NCBI RefSeq assembly: GCF_006345805.1 | Contig: NC_043015.1 | Location: 21,018,001-21,082,000, forward strand | Origin: Octopus sinensis | Taxonomy: Eukaryota | DNA: 64,000 nucleotides | Direction: 5' to 3' | In this document: in pieces, positions 25,921-38,690 of the stretch | How the letters are laid out: each line of letters opens with the position of its first letter | Position numbering within the stretch: the stretch's first letter is position 1 | The notes under the pieces: generated by a model | Told to the model about the DNA's origin: nothing | The model's input: only the letters and a program-made list of their open reading frames with translations | Database searches by the model: none | Made by a program: the position numbers and the translations under genes

Positions 25921-26384
25921 AATTATTCACTACTCTCGAACCGAACTTCCTCAGCTAACGCAACCAAATATATACTTGAGGCTTACGTTTTAAAGATTAT
26001 TTAGAATTCGTGTGAATTTAACGTGATCGACAACTTTGTCGTGTATTGAATTTTAAATATTCATGAGCTGCTTTATAACCGCCATTGCAGCACTCCTGTT
26101 TTATTTCAGTTACGATTATATACGATAGTAGACAAATGTGTGTAACAAAATGGAGGAACCCTATCAATAGCAAAGAATCATGTCAAATGTTTTTTAGAAG
26201 TTCTGCAGTGAAGACTGAGTTGTTTTATATACATTGAACACCTGAACTTCTACATGGAAGCGATGTGTTCTGTCATTGCTGTCGCTCTATGATTCTTGTT
26301 TTTCTGCTAATGAATAATCTATAGAGACGAAACCTGACATATCTGTAAAAGACAGGATGCTCTCACCTGGAATACTTGATATTT

Positions 26385-26520
26385 AACCCAAGGTCGCTCT
26401 CATAGGATCGACCAGGTGTTGACTATCTAAACAGTACTAACCAAAGAAAGAGCCTCTATGTAGTTGTTCGCCTGGCTGAATATAGCAGCTAAATCTCTTT
26501 CAATTTAAACTATCAAATTC
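26385..26520 (+). mobile_element. Degenerate repeat, family E
   Basis: GAATATAGCAGCTAAATCTC motif shared with the copies at 3238 and 63310. Confidence 0.45.
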
Positions 26521-26558
26521 TGGCAGAAGGCCCGTAAGTTTGGGAGAAGGGTAAGATG

Positions 26559-26720
26559 ATTACATCGACCTCAGTATTCGACTGGTACATATTTTATTGA
26601 CTCTGAAAGGGATAAATGGCAAAGTCGACCTCGGCAGAATTTGAACTCGAAACAAAGATGGACGAAATACCGCTGAGCATTTTGCCCGGCGTACTAACGT
26701 TTCTGTCAACTCGCCGCCTT
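26559..26720 (-). mobile_element. SINE, family B
   Basis: GGCAAAGTCGACCTCGGCAGAATTTGAACTC...CTAACGTTTCTGTCAACTCGCCGCC is the reverse complement of the 21510 copy. Confidence 0.85.
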
Positions 26721-28529
26721 TCACTGTTCAACATATTAATAATAGGCATAGTATCTAGGCACAATATACAGGATGGTTGTGTTTGGAATGGTTTCATCCA
26801 TAGGTATAATCGATTAGAATTGCCTGGGGGCTAAACGTCAACACATGTATATTTTGGTAGAACCGACAGGGAAGCTTCCGTGTGGCATCTTGCCCTGCGA
26901 GAAATAGTGCCAAAACCTTCTTTATATCATCTTAGAAAAAGCAAAAACAGAAAACTTTGGATTATATAGTCTTGTGTACGAAATATCTTAAAAGATGAGA
27001 CGAATTGATTTGAGCACGGCTGGGAGTGTCTCGTTGAACATAGGTCTACAAATCCAGGATGACTTAAGGCAAAATATTAATTATATATTCCACTCTAAAG
27101 TATCACCATATTCGGTTGTTCTGAAATTCAACAGCTGAGCTCTTCATAATTCTGCGGAACCTCATTAAATTCCATATTTCTTTCGGCATGGAATAAGTCG
27201 CGGAAGAATTTATTTTCGAGTTCCTTACTGTGAAGTTGTGACGTATCTTAATGTAAAAGTTGCATACACACATACAAAGTATATATTCAGATACATGTAC
27301 ACATTCTTATGAACAACTGTGCGAGCGACACATATACATACGCATTAATATATAGTTCGTAAGTACAGAGGTTTTGTGATAAACAATAAGTATATTTTAC
27401 ACTTACACATTTAAACTTGTTTTTCATACATATATGCATTTATATATATATATCACACGCTTACACAGACTCATACAACAACTATATCACATATACACAC
27501 TTATGTACAAATGTGCATATTTATGCACATGTGTACTTCACACATATATGCATCTTTATATAATTCGCGCCTTACCACCTTCACAGCCACAAAAAACCTT
27601 TTCGTTCAGTGACTTGCTTTAAGCGAGAAATTTCGAATCGAAAGCACTTTATACTTTCACTTTGCAGGAATGGAGAGGAATCTGCAGATTTGGAAGAAAC
27701 GAATCGAAACGTCCAACTGTAATATACACTACAACATTGTCGAGAGAGGTTTAAGTGAAATCTAGAAACGAAACGAAATAAATGTACCTTGCTTAAAGGA
27801 TTATCTGTGAATTAATGCAAGATCATGTAAAGTAGTTCTTTTTGTGTTTTTGTCTTTAAAATGTTTTTTTTTTCCATTCAATTCTATAGTATGTAGCTTT
27901 TATTCTCAGTAACAATCACTGGATTGCGGCCATTATAGGACATCGCAGTGAAAGGCTTTTACTAATCTGGTTATTAAGTCTGGAAATTATTCTATCAGCC
28001 ATTTTTTTTCAGAGCCGCTAAGTTGCGTGGATGCAAACAAAGCAACACTTGTTGTCAAGCCTTGTGGTGGACAAATAAAAGCACAAAGACATACACAGAT
28101 AGACGTAGAAACACAATGACCTTTCACACAGTTTCTATCAACCAAATTCACTCAAAAAGAAAGTGCGCCCCAATGTGTCACAAATGGCTGCAAGGTGAGC
28201 TTTCTAAATTCACAGCTATCGTGGCGCCTATAAATATCTTATAAAAACAAAATGAAAGATGAAGCTGAAGAAACGCAGTGGAAAATGGAGGCAGAGATTG
28301 GGGAGTTGATGAATGACCACTTGTATATAATTTAGTACTCGTAAAAAATGCCAAGCAGGTCACTTCTGAGATGTGTTTGTAACCACTGCCCTTAAGTGAT
28401 TTTAAAAAGTTCGTACAACATTAGACGAAATTAATATCTTATATTGATTGCTATTTACAATATTGCCACCAATGGCAATCATGGTCGAGCTTGCTAGGTC
28501 ATGTTTAATCCGCACACGGTCCTGCATTA

Positions 28530-28740
28530 ATTGAGGGAGGTCTTCGTGGATGCATCTAGTGTCTCTACTGAGATGATCTCAATGCGTTGTAATCGGATGA
28601 CCGCACGAGGACGGCCATGCCTTGGCATCCATAACAGTAGGTCAGTTTCCAGATTTTGTTTAGCTTGCCAGCAATGTCTCGCAAAGAGCAAACACATTCC
28701 CCTTATAATAGTGGAAAGAGGCAGGAGATTTCCATACAAC
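28530..28740 (-). mobile_element. Possible Tc1/mariner transposase N-terminal fragment
   Basis: Minus strand reads ...TVMDAK / HGRPR across a frameshift, resembling the 'G.V.D..RSGRP' linker. Confidence 0.25.
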
Positions 28741-29065
28741 TGTTTCTTAGTGGAATGAGTTCTCCAAGATATGTTTCAGACTGCTCTTAACATTCGCATG
28801 TAATTTCCTACATTAATAAATGTTTCTAATGAAGGTGCAAACAATTAGTTTCAGGGGAAACAGGGTGACGATATCTTCGACCCCTATATTTCACTGGACA
28901 GTGGTATTACTAAATCTTATCCTTAGTTTCGAGCACCGTTTTGTATTTCTGATATTTCCGAGTGGTCACAATCTAAAATATTAATTTTACATATCTAATT
29001 AAATGAAATTCAGGTACCTGTACATCATTATAAATGATACAAGTTTATTAATTCTGTACAACAAA

Positions 29066-29256
29066 GGCGACGAGCTGGCAGAATCGTTAGCACGTCGGGT
29101 AAAATGCTTAGCGGCATTTTGTACGTTGCCAACATTCTAAGTTCAAGGTCCGTCGAGGTCGACTTCGCCTTTCATCCTTCTAGGCTTGATAAAATAACGT
29201 ATTAAACGAGCACTGGGGCTGATGTAATCGACCAGATCTTTCCTCCAAAATTTCAG
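29066..29256 (+). mobile_element. SINE, family B
   Basis: GGCGACGAGCTGGCAGAATCGTTAGCAC...GAGGTCGACTTCGCCTTTCATCC. Confidence 0.85.
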
Positions 29257-29388
29257 TAGAACGGATACATACTGTAACCGTTCAAGGTACCAGTACACAA
29301 TTTTAGCGGCGGCTTGGCTGTTTATAAGGTTTCAGACCATCAGTGTCTCGAAAGTTGTACCTTCATTAATAATTAAAATACATATAAA

Positions 29389-29601
29389 GGCGGCGAGTAA
29401 ACGGAATTGTCGGCACGCCGAACAATGTTTCACAGCATTTTGTCCGCCTTTACGTTCTGAGTTCAAATTCCACAGAGGTCAATTTTGACTTTCATCCTCT
29501 CAGGGTCGATAAAATTAGTACCAGTTGAGCACTGGGGCCGATTCAATTGACTTACTTCTTCCTCCAAAATTGCTGGCCTTGTGCCAAAATTTGAAACCAA
29601 T
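29389..29601 (+). mobile_element. SINE, family B
   Basis: GGCGGCGAG...TTCTGAGTTCAAATTCC...GTACCAGTTGAGCACTGGGG...CCTTGTGCCAAAATTTGAAACC. Confidence 0.85.
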
Positions 29602-30093
29602 AATTAGAATACAACACAGTCACACACACACATCAAACAATAAAACAAAGCATTGCAGTTTCGATTCCGCTTTTGCAGTTTCTGGAATGCAAAGAAGCGT
29701 CTGAAAAATGCGAGGCAGTGAATTTCCTCGAGTTAGATTCACATTTTCATTTGTAGACAATAAAACAACAAAAGAGGAAAAAACGATCTTGCCCGGAAGA
29801 CTTACAACATACTCTATGGTGCTCAATATTAATTAAACGAAAGTTATAATATGCATGTAAAAATTTGATAATGGTGTAATTAGCAATGAATCGTGATTGG
29901 ATAGCATCAGTTCTTCATGCTGATGGCTCATGTCTTGGAGATGAAAATTTACAGTTCCCAGAATTAATTTGTAAACCAAGATAATGTATAGCTTGAGAAT
30001 TTTTCGTGTATATATATATATATATATATATATAGGAAGGCAATAAGGTGTGTGTGTGTGTGTGTGTGTGTGTATCAATGTCTGGAAAGTCGG

Positions 30094-30159
<66 letters not shown>

Positions 30160-30419
30160 AACACGTACTCATGTATATACAAACACATTTACAGACATAC
30201 GTACAAAGGCGTACACATGCATATTAACAGACAATAAACAAATAAAAGTATTGTCTGTGTTAATTTAAAGGTCAAGCCACGTAACAGATTGTGTCACGCT
30301 GACACTAAAAGAGAATTAAGTTGTAAGTACATTTGTCCAATCGTCTGTGGAATTTTCCCGCTAGTAACATGCTAAGTCGATGAACAGGTAATTCAGTGAA
30401 ATATTTTACTCACTACCAC

Positions 30420-30860
30420 AAATTTGTGTGTCCGTTGCTTGACCTTAATCAGTTGAGCATGTCCCTTAATGGCTACCGATATGTGCCTCGCTGATCACGA
30501 TCAGAAGTAGTGGTGGTGGTGGTGCGGGGGGGGGGGAATCATGGTCATGTGTTGAGAGAAATTCTTTGGGGTTTGAATAATTCACTTTTGGAAACATGGT
30601 TATTTCATTCAACATTTTAAAATAATTTTTGAGTGGGATGGGCTACTCGACCTGAAGAAAATTGTAATTGGGCCCACTTGCAAGGTCATGCGCTATTTAT
30701 CTTGATAAGAGATCCCCATTCCGCGCACTTATGATTGTGATGCATGGGCCTGGTGTACCCTTCTCAGATGGGTAGTCATGATTGTTATACTGAGCTTCGT
30801 ATATTTGTACCCCAGTGTCACGTTGATGGCATGCACCGATCCCTCAATAATAACAACAAC
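30420..30860 (+). mobile_element. Probable retroposon/LINE 3' UTR ending in an AAT/AAC tail
   Basis: Non-simple, GC-richer block ending ...GATGGCATGCACCGATCCCTC-AATAATAACAACAAC; resembles a common octopus repeat as I recall it (not verifiable here). Confidence 0.4.
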
Positions 30861-31050
30861 AATGCTGAACCAATATTGCAAGTGCTGGTTCTACTGCTAT
30901 TACAACAACCAGCACGCTAGTCGTAGTTGCTGTGGAACCAGCACATCCATAGATGCGGAAACTGTGGAAAACTCCATAAGTATCGCAGTGAAAGATTTGT
31001 TGTAAAATCGAAATCATCCAAGCTTTATATATGATGTATATAAGGCATAG

Positions 31051-31268
31051 ACATCAGACATGAAATATTTGGAAATGTTTGTGCATTATATAATATAGAT
31101 AGATATAAAAATGAAAGAAGACTCTACTCGCTAAGTATAATAGAAGATTAACCAATAGGATTATATGAGAACGTCAAACCACAGCAATATTTTAACATGA
31201 TTACGTATGTACAATTCAAAATACTAGATAATCCTATCACTAACATGGATAGCTTCAAAATGGACGTT
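31051..31268 (+). repeat. Diverged ~215-bp duplicate, copy 1 (copy 2 at 33172-33382)
   Basis: Shared colinear anchors ACATCAGACATGAAATATTT, GCTAAGTA.AATAGAAGATTAA, ACAGCAATATTTTAAC, CAATTCAAAATAC.AGATAATCCTAT.ACTAACATG, AAAATGGACGTT. Confidence 0.85.
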
Positions 31269-32039
31269 AACTACTACATCGATCATATATCTTCGTATAT
31301 TATTTGTCTCCCATGAATGATCTTGGCTCTCTGAGCTGATCAAGATTTTGACGTTGCTTTTCCTTGGTTTTATGAAGATAAAAACATACGGTCAGTGATC
31401 TAGTCCTCTGTATGAATTCTGTTATTGCTGTTGTTGTTGTTTACGTCTATGACTGCAATGACTCAGCAAATCTATGAAGAAAATAATCCCAAAATGACTA
31501 TTCCTACTCATTTTGTCTAGGATTTAGGACCACATAATCCACTTTCCTTCTTTAAGACAGTGCGATTTACGCGAGATTTGTCTACTTTCAGGCATTAGAT
31601 TCCGGTCATCCTGGGGCACCGTTTTGAAGAGAATTACTCAAAGAAATCGATAATTAATTTTAAGTCCGGTACTCATTCTATCGATATGTTTTTGTTGAAC
31701 CGCTATGTTACGAAGACGTAAGCAAATCAACACCGGTTGCAAAATGTAAGAGAACAAACACAAACATGTACACAAATAGACAGGATTCCACACAGTTTCT
31801 GGTCAACAAATTCCCCCATAAAGCCTGGGAGTATAGAACAAAATACTTGCACAAGGTACCACGGAGTGAAACTGAACCCGAAACTACGTGGTTGTAAATC
31901 AAGCTTCTTAAAAACACATCCACGCTTGCGCCTGTGTTTGATATTTCTAAACGACCAGATGACCGTTGTAGAGACTCAGTGTGATTATAAATGTAACGCA
32001 TATTGTGGTTGTTATTGTCTCTTATGCCTGTATCTGAAG

Positions 32040-32362
32040 AGTCAAGTGGTTTAGTGGTTGGGACTTTCGGCTCAATATTGTAAGGTTTGTGAGTTCGATT
32101 CCCGACGACACATTCTGTCTTTGAGCAAGACACTTTATTTCACATTACTCCAGTCCACTCAGGAGGTAAATGTGAGCTGTGCCTGTATTTCAAAGGGCCA
32201 GCCTAGTCACAGTCTGTGTCACGATGAATCTTCCTAACAACTACCTTAAGAGTACGCGTGTCTGTGAAGTGCTCAGCTACTTGCACTTTAATTTCACGAG
32301 CAGGCTGTTTCATTGATCGGGTCAACTAGAACCTATATCGTCGTATCGGGCGAAGAGCCAGT
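32040..32362 (+). mobile_element. SINE, family C
   Basis: A-box TGGTTTAGTGGTTGG, B-box GAGTTCGATTCC, body GTGCTCAGCTACTTGCAC...GATCGGGTCAACTAGAACC. Confidence 0.85.
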
Positions 32363-33171
32363 CTATCTCTCTATCCTGCCTGCACCAACAGGTTAGGTAT
32401 AAGAATAAGCGACATCCTATTTGCGACTACGCATAGCCATCCATTTTTATACACAGGTAAGAGTACAATTTCAAAGAAGTCTTGGCCCTATATTTTACTG
32501 CGTATAGCAATGTCACAGAGAATAAGAAACATTGGGTAAAATTAATTGAAAAAGCAGCCATCAACTATTGGAAGCTAACTCAAACTACCTGAAACTTAAC
32601 GTAATTCAAACCAATTGTAGAGTACAATCTCTGATTATGTTTGTAACCAGGATTATAACACAGGCTCTTATTATATTTTAATATGTCTTTAAACAATATT
32701 ACTGCATAATTAGTGGGGAGGGTAATACTTATACCCCTTTACAGAACGCCCGTAACTCGTGGGCGGGAGAGAGGAAGATATTTTTAGACCGGAAGACAGG
32801 CTCAGATTATCGCAAGAGTGGACTCCATTTATGTACCCAAGTATCTTATGCTAAGCCGGGTGTTGCATTAAGTTTAGTCACAGAGCAGACCATGGCAGGA
32901 TTTGAATTCATGAACTAAAGAAGAGGAACAAATACACTCAGTCAGTCATTCGGTCAGTTCACTATCCCTAGACTGATACTTTATTTACCGACCCCAGAAG
33001 AACGAAAGGCAAAGGTGATGAGCGGGAAGTGAACTTAAAACACATAAAATCGGATTTAAAACTGTTAGGTATTTTTGTCTAAAGCCCCAGTATTAAGATG
33101 TTCACAGTTATTTGCAACAAGTCACTATGAGATGATATAACTATTCGTATACGTCAGTTATATGTACCGCA

Positions 33172-33382
33172 ACATCAGACATGAAATATTTAGAAATGTT
33201 CTTGGGTTGTATGATGTGCGCATAAAAATCACAGTAACTATTTGCTAAGTACAATAGAAGATTAAGCAACAGGAACAAATCGGAACGACAAACTACAGCA
33301 ATATTTTAACGTGATTATGCTTGTGCAATTCAAAATACAAGATAATCCTATAACTAACATGAAAAGATTTAAAATGGACGTT
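33172..33382 (+). repeat. Diverged ~215-bp duplicate, copy 2
   Basis: Colinear with 31051-31268. Confidence 0.85.
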
Positions 33383-33816
33383 TTGAACTATTATTTGCAA
33401 CTAGCAATTATAATAAAACGGAAGTATTTATGTAGATCAGTTGGTAGGTGTCTTGTCTGTTGAATCCTGCTACTCCAATTAAACGCACGACAGTGGCATC
33501 TGCTGTTCATACCATAGAACACTTCGGTTCCTTTGTGTATTTATTCCTTAGTTGTAAAAAACACAAGACAAAATGTCTATGAGCGGTTTTCCTTCTCTTC
33601 ATATTAACATTTAAAAGCAAATGAAGACGAAACCAATCAAAATTGCATTCTAAATTTATTCCTCACCTTATTTATTGTTTCATGTAGTTGTTTAAATGTT
33701 TGCTATTTTGATTAAAATCTATACACACACACGTATATTAATGAGCATTTTATGGTAACAAGCTAGCAGAATCGTCAGCACACATACATAAAACACACAC
33801 GCATACATACATACAC

Positions 33817-33935
33817 CAGCCTATTTCAGTTTCCATCTACAAAATCCACCCATGAAGCTTGTCCAAGGTGCCATGCAGTGGGAATGAACCAGGAACCATG
33901 TGAATTGGAAGCAAACTTCTTATCACACAGCCACA
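33817..33935 (-). mobile_element. SINE, family A, internally deleted
   Basis: TTTCAGTTTCCATCTAC...CCAAGGTGCCATGCAGTGGGAATGAACCAGGAACCATGTG...CACACAGCCAC. Confidence 0.8.
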
Positions 33936-35451
33936 CACACGAAGCAGAGGAGACATTTCTTATAACAATGTAACGTGGATCGAATCAGGCGCGCTAGCCT
34001 GTCCCGTACCGCGATACGTTGATTGGTTTCATACTACGTGAAATAGAGAAACATAGTGTGGGACGGATCACTGGGCCCAGATTATCTCGCAGCATGTCGT
34101 GCTTTCCAGGACATTTAGAATCGATAAAATAACCTAAGTATAATCACTACACATGCTGGAAATAGCAGCGAAATCTTCGTCAAATAAAAGGTTAATAGTC
34201 TTACAAAATAAAGGAGCATTGCTGAAATTAGTCATAAATATAGGTAAATAGTAAAACTTGGCTCTGATTGAATTGCTTTTGAATATAGGACTGATTCGGA
34301 GTTAAATAACATGAAAGAATAAATAGCAAGGAAAACGAAGAAATTCTTGAAGAGTTTAACTGACATAATCTGTTTTGACTTTTGGCACTTTTCCTGCAAT
34401 TTTCTTCCGACAAGGTCGATGAATTAATATTATATTTAACGCACATGTATCAACATTTTCTCTATTTATTTGCCCCAAACACCCCCAACTCACTACAGGA
34501 CTTATGTTATTTCAGAACTAAATCTAGCGCATTAACAGATTAAATGTTATTCAATTAATTGCTGGGATTTTGTCATCTGTTAAGTAACATATGCCAATTA
34601 AAGTAGAGGTTAATTACCGTTAATTATAATCTATCAGTAAACGAATATGAAGTGTATCACGTAAGAAACCAATTTTAAATGGAATTATTACTCATTCTAC
34701 TACTAAATCAATGTCGATCGTTTGCAAAGAGGGAAAATGACAAACGGTATATGATAACAGGAATTTACATTCTGAGTTCAAGTTCTGACGCGATCAAATT
34801 TCATTAATGGGTCTAACTTAAAGTACTAGGCAAATAGTTAGGTTAATTCAATCGATTCCGTCCCCACAAATTTCAGGTTTCTGGGGGTACAAATTTAAAG
34901 AGCGGTAGACTAGCAGGATTGATAGAACATCGGATAAAAAGCCTTGGGGTATTTAATAACAGCTCAACCGAGGGACCATAACATAACATACCAGTTGAAT
35001 ACTGGTCCTTATTAAACCATCTCCTCTACCTAAATTTCATGTCTTATACTGAAAAATTTAAAGAGCAGAAGTTTAACAGAATCACCAGATCGTCGGGGAA
35101 ATATTCCACTGTATTATTTCCGGCTCTATATACGAAGTTCAACTACCATTATATCCTTTTTCATCACACGTGTATCGACAAAATGAAATACCAGTTATGT
35201 ACCCGGATCGTTTGTATTGATAAATATCCACCCGCTGCCCAAAAGTGTTAGGCTCAGGGCCTAAATCTGAAATTATTATTAAAGCGGAGAAATGGTAAAA
35301 ATGTTGGGTCAGAAAAAATTACTTGCAGTATATTTCGGGTTTTAACATTCTGAGGTTAACTTGGCTTTCCATAAAGTTGGGACCGATCAAATAAAGTGCT
35401 AAATAATTTAATGACCTTCTACCTAAGTCATTATTATTATTTGTAAAGGTA

Positions 35452-35665
35452 GGTGTGACTGGCAGAATCGTTAGCACAACGGACAAAATGCTCAGCGGCA
35501 CTTCGTCTGTCTTAGCATTCTGAGTTCAATTTTTTCCGAGGTCGACTTTGCCTTTCATCCTTTCGTGGTCGATAAATTGATTACCTGTTATGCACTGGGG
35601 TTGATGAAATCGATTATCCCCCTCCCGCAAACTTTCAGGCCTCGCATCAATAGTAGAAAGGGTTA
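35452..35665 (+). mobile_element. SINE, family B
   Basis: CTGGCAGAATCGTTAGCAC...CCGAGGTCGACTTTGCCTTTCATCCTTTCG. Confidence 0.85.
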
Positions 35666-35682
35666 ATTGATAATTGGATTGC

Positions 35683-35987
35683 GAAGGCGGGTGGTTTGGT
35701 GGTTAGGGTATTCGACTCACGATCGGAAGGTCGTGAGTTCGATTCCCGGCGACATGTTGCGCCTTTGAGCCAGACACTTTACTTCACGTTGCTCCAGTCA
35801 ACTCAGCTAGTAAAACTGAGTTGTACCTTTGTCACATTTTGTGTCAGGCTAAATCTCCCTAAGAACTGCGTGAGGGCTACACGTGTCTGCGGAGTACTCA
35901 GCCGCTCGCACGATAATCTCACAAGCAGACTGTTTTTGTTGATCGGATCAACTGGAACCCACGTCGTCGTAACCGACGGAGTTCCTG
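35683..35987 (+). mobile_element. SINE, family C
   Basis: GAAGGCGGGTGGTTTGGTGGTTAGGG...GTGAGTTCGATTCCCGG...GATCGGATCAACTGGAACCCACGTCGTCGTAACCGACGGAG. Confidence 0.88.
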
Positions 35988-36002
35988 GTAATTGCACTAT
36001 TA

Positions 36003-36035
36003 ATGCTACCACCACCACTACTACTACTGCTGCTG

Positions 36036-36088
<53 letters not shown>

Positions 36089-36147
36089 GCTGCTGCTACT
36101 ACCATTACTGTTGCTACTACTACTACGACTACTACTACTACTACTAC
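36003..36147. repeat. (CTA)n/(CTG)n trinucleotide microsatellite
   Basis: Directly visible; source of the poly-T, poly-L, poly-S and poly-V ORFs. Confidence 0.95.
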
Positions 36148-36302
36148 AAAGGCACTTCGTGACAAATATTCGTTCATCGCACAAAATGTGTTGTAGTATA
36201 TAGTTACGATTCGTTACGGTGAGTATAGTCATTGGTTTTGTTGCCATCTTTAATATCGACATTATAATCAACGTTGACATCAGAAACATCATTATCACAA
36301 AT

Positions 36303-36453
36303 GCGGTCGTGTGGTAAGAAACTTGCTTCCCAACCACATCGTTCCGGGTTCAGTCCCACTGTGCGGCAGCTTGGGCAAGTGTCTTCTATAGCACCGAGCC
36401 AACATAATTACTTATGAATGGATTTGGTAGACAGAAACTGGAAGAAGCTCGTC
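36303..36453 (+). mobile_element. SINE, family A (tRNA head plus CORE-like segment)
   Basis: GTGTGGTAAGAAACTTGCTTCCCAACCAC...GGGTTCAGTCCCACTG...TTGGGCAAGTGTCTTCTATAG...GGATTTGGTAGACAGAAACTG. Confidence 0.88.
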
Positions 36454-36479
36454 GTATATATATATATATATATACATAC

Positions 36480-36548
<69 letters not shown>

Positions 36549-36584
36549 CGTGTGTACCGGTGAAATCTACAAGTTCTTTTCATT

Positions 36585-36735
36585 CTTTCTGTGTTTATTT
36601 TCTCATTCCTTTCAGTTGAAGAGCGTAGGCTCGAAACGTAAAGAATTTTCTCACTTTCCCAAGCGTCAAACTAATACACTTGCCTATTGTTCATACACCT
36701 GTATTCATCTTTTGTTTTTCTTTAAATTTCAACTA
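36585..36735 (+). repeat. Probable Penelope-like-element-derived repeat with a minimal hammerhead-like motif
   Basis: CAGTTGA-A-GAGC-gtag-GCTC-GAAAC-GTA at 36613-36640. Confidence 0.45.
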
Positions 36736-36744
36736 ACTGTATAT

Positions 36745-36797
<53 letters not shown>

Positions 36798-36803
<6 letters not shown>

Positions 36804-37715
36804 GAATATTTCTCTGTGTGTGTGTGCGCGCGTTTGCACCCTCCTCCATCTGATGTTGGATTGTCTGTTCCTGTAACTTAGAGGTTCGGCAAAAATGAGA
36901 CCGATTGTGTAAGTACCAGACACAAAAAGAAATAAGTACCAAGATCGATTTGTTCGATTAAACCTTTCAAGGCGATGCTGCAGCATGGCCGCAGTCCAAT
37001 GACTCAAACAAGAAAAAGATAAACATCATCATTATCATCATCATCAACAACAAAGCCGTCTTCATCATTCATAAAAGATTGACGAGCAGGAAAACGAAAA
37101 TATATGTCGTAAAATATAACGAAATAATTTTGTCTCGACTCATTACTTATCTATTCCTGGCCGATATCTCGATATTCTGAGTTCGTGTCTTGCTGAGGTC
37201 GACTTGCACTTTTCACTTTAAATTTATGTGTGTGTGTACATATATATATATATATATATAATATATATATATATATATGTATGTGAATATTTCTCTGTGT
37301 GTGTGTGCGCGCGTTTGCACCCTCCTCCATCTGATGTTGGATTGTCTGTTCCTGTAACTTAGAGGTTCGGCAAAAATGAGACCGATTGTGTAAGTACCAG
37401 ACACAAAAAAAGAAATAAGTACCAAGATCGATTTGTTCGATTAAACCTTTCAAGGCGATGCTGCAGCATGGCCGCAGTCCAATGACTCAAACAAGAAAAA
37501 GATAAACATCATCATTATCATCATCATCAACAACAAAGCCGTCTTCATCATTCATAAAAGATTGACGAGCAGGAAAACGAAAATATATGTCGTAAAATAT
37601 AACGAAATAATTTTGTCTCGACTCATTACTTATCTATTCCTGGCCGATATCTCGATATTCTGAGTTCGTGTCTTGCTGAGGTCGACTTGCACTTTTCACT
37701 TTAAATTTATGTGTG

Positions 37716-37723
<8 letters not shown>
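36798..37723. repeat. Near-perfect tandem duplication, unit ~481-483 bp
   Basis: 36798-37240 = 37279-37723 except for a 2-nt A-run difference; both units bounded by (TA)n. Confidence 0.95.
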
Positions 37724-37751
<28 letters not shown>

Positions 37752-38239
37752 CGCGCGCATGCGCACATATATATACATATATTCATATGCACTTATAAAT
37801 GCGTATATATATATGTATACATATATTTATAATCATTTATGCGTATATATATATATATAGATTACGTATATGAAGTGGTTCTTATTTGCATACATTATGT
37901 TCAAGCGCATACATATATACGTGTGAGTGTGTGTGTGTGTGTGTGTGTATGTGTGTGTGTGTGGATATACATAATACATAGCTGCACCTACAAGTACATA
38001 AATACTTTATAGTCTGAAGATATTTTCTTTCTACTGGTTAATCCCAAGACATATCTATGACACACAGAGAATCGATTCGTATCTAAATGGCACCATCGTA
38101 TTCTTCATGTGTTTTAAGAGATGGCGAGCGGGGTGAGGCCATGGGGGTGAGGGGTGTGAGTGATTCTAGATCCGTCTGAATATTTTCTGTTAGGTATTCA
38201 GAAATATTTTTCTGAAGATTTAAAAAGATAAAGAACGTA

Positions 38240-38253
38240 CTCTGAGAGAGAGC

Positions 38254-38287
<34 letters not shown>

Positions 38288-38690
38288 GAGAGATAATGAG
38301 CAAGAAAGAGAGAGATTGAGCGAGAGAGAGAAAGAGAGTGGGCGAGAGCGAGACAGAAAGACAGAAAGATAGACAGAAAGACTGAGAGAGAGGGGAGAAA
38401 GTGAGTGAGAGGGGACAAAGTAAGAGAGAGGGGAGAAAGTGAGTGAGAGAAAAAGGAAGTGAGAGAAAGGGAAAGTGAGAGAAAAGGAAAGTGAGAGAAA
38501 GCGACACAGAAAAATGTATAGAGAGAGTAAGAGATATAGAGAGAGCGAGACAGATAGGTAGGGACAGATATAGACAGAAAGAAAGAGAGAGCGAGACAGA
38601 CCGACAGAGAGAAAGATAGCGAGAGAGAGAGAGAGAGGGGTGGGAGAGCGACAAAGAGATAGACAGAGAGATAGATAGATAAATAGATAG
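38240..38690 (+). repeat. GA-rich polypurine low-complexity tract
   Basis: Directly visible; source of the 218-aa L/S-rich ORF. Confidence 0.9.

Noticed and set aside
28827-29368. 14-bp inverted match TAATGAAGGTGCAA / TTGTACCTTCATTA as possible TIRs
   Set aside because: Short and AT-rich, with no extension or clear TSD.
30882-30953. GTGCTGGTTC/GAACCAGCAC inverted pair
   Set aside because: Only 10 bp in low-complexity context.
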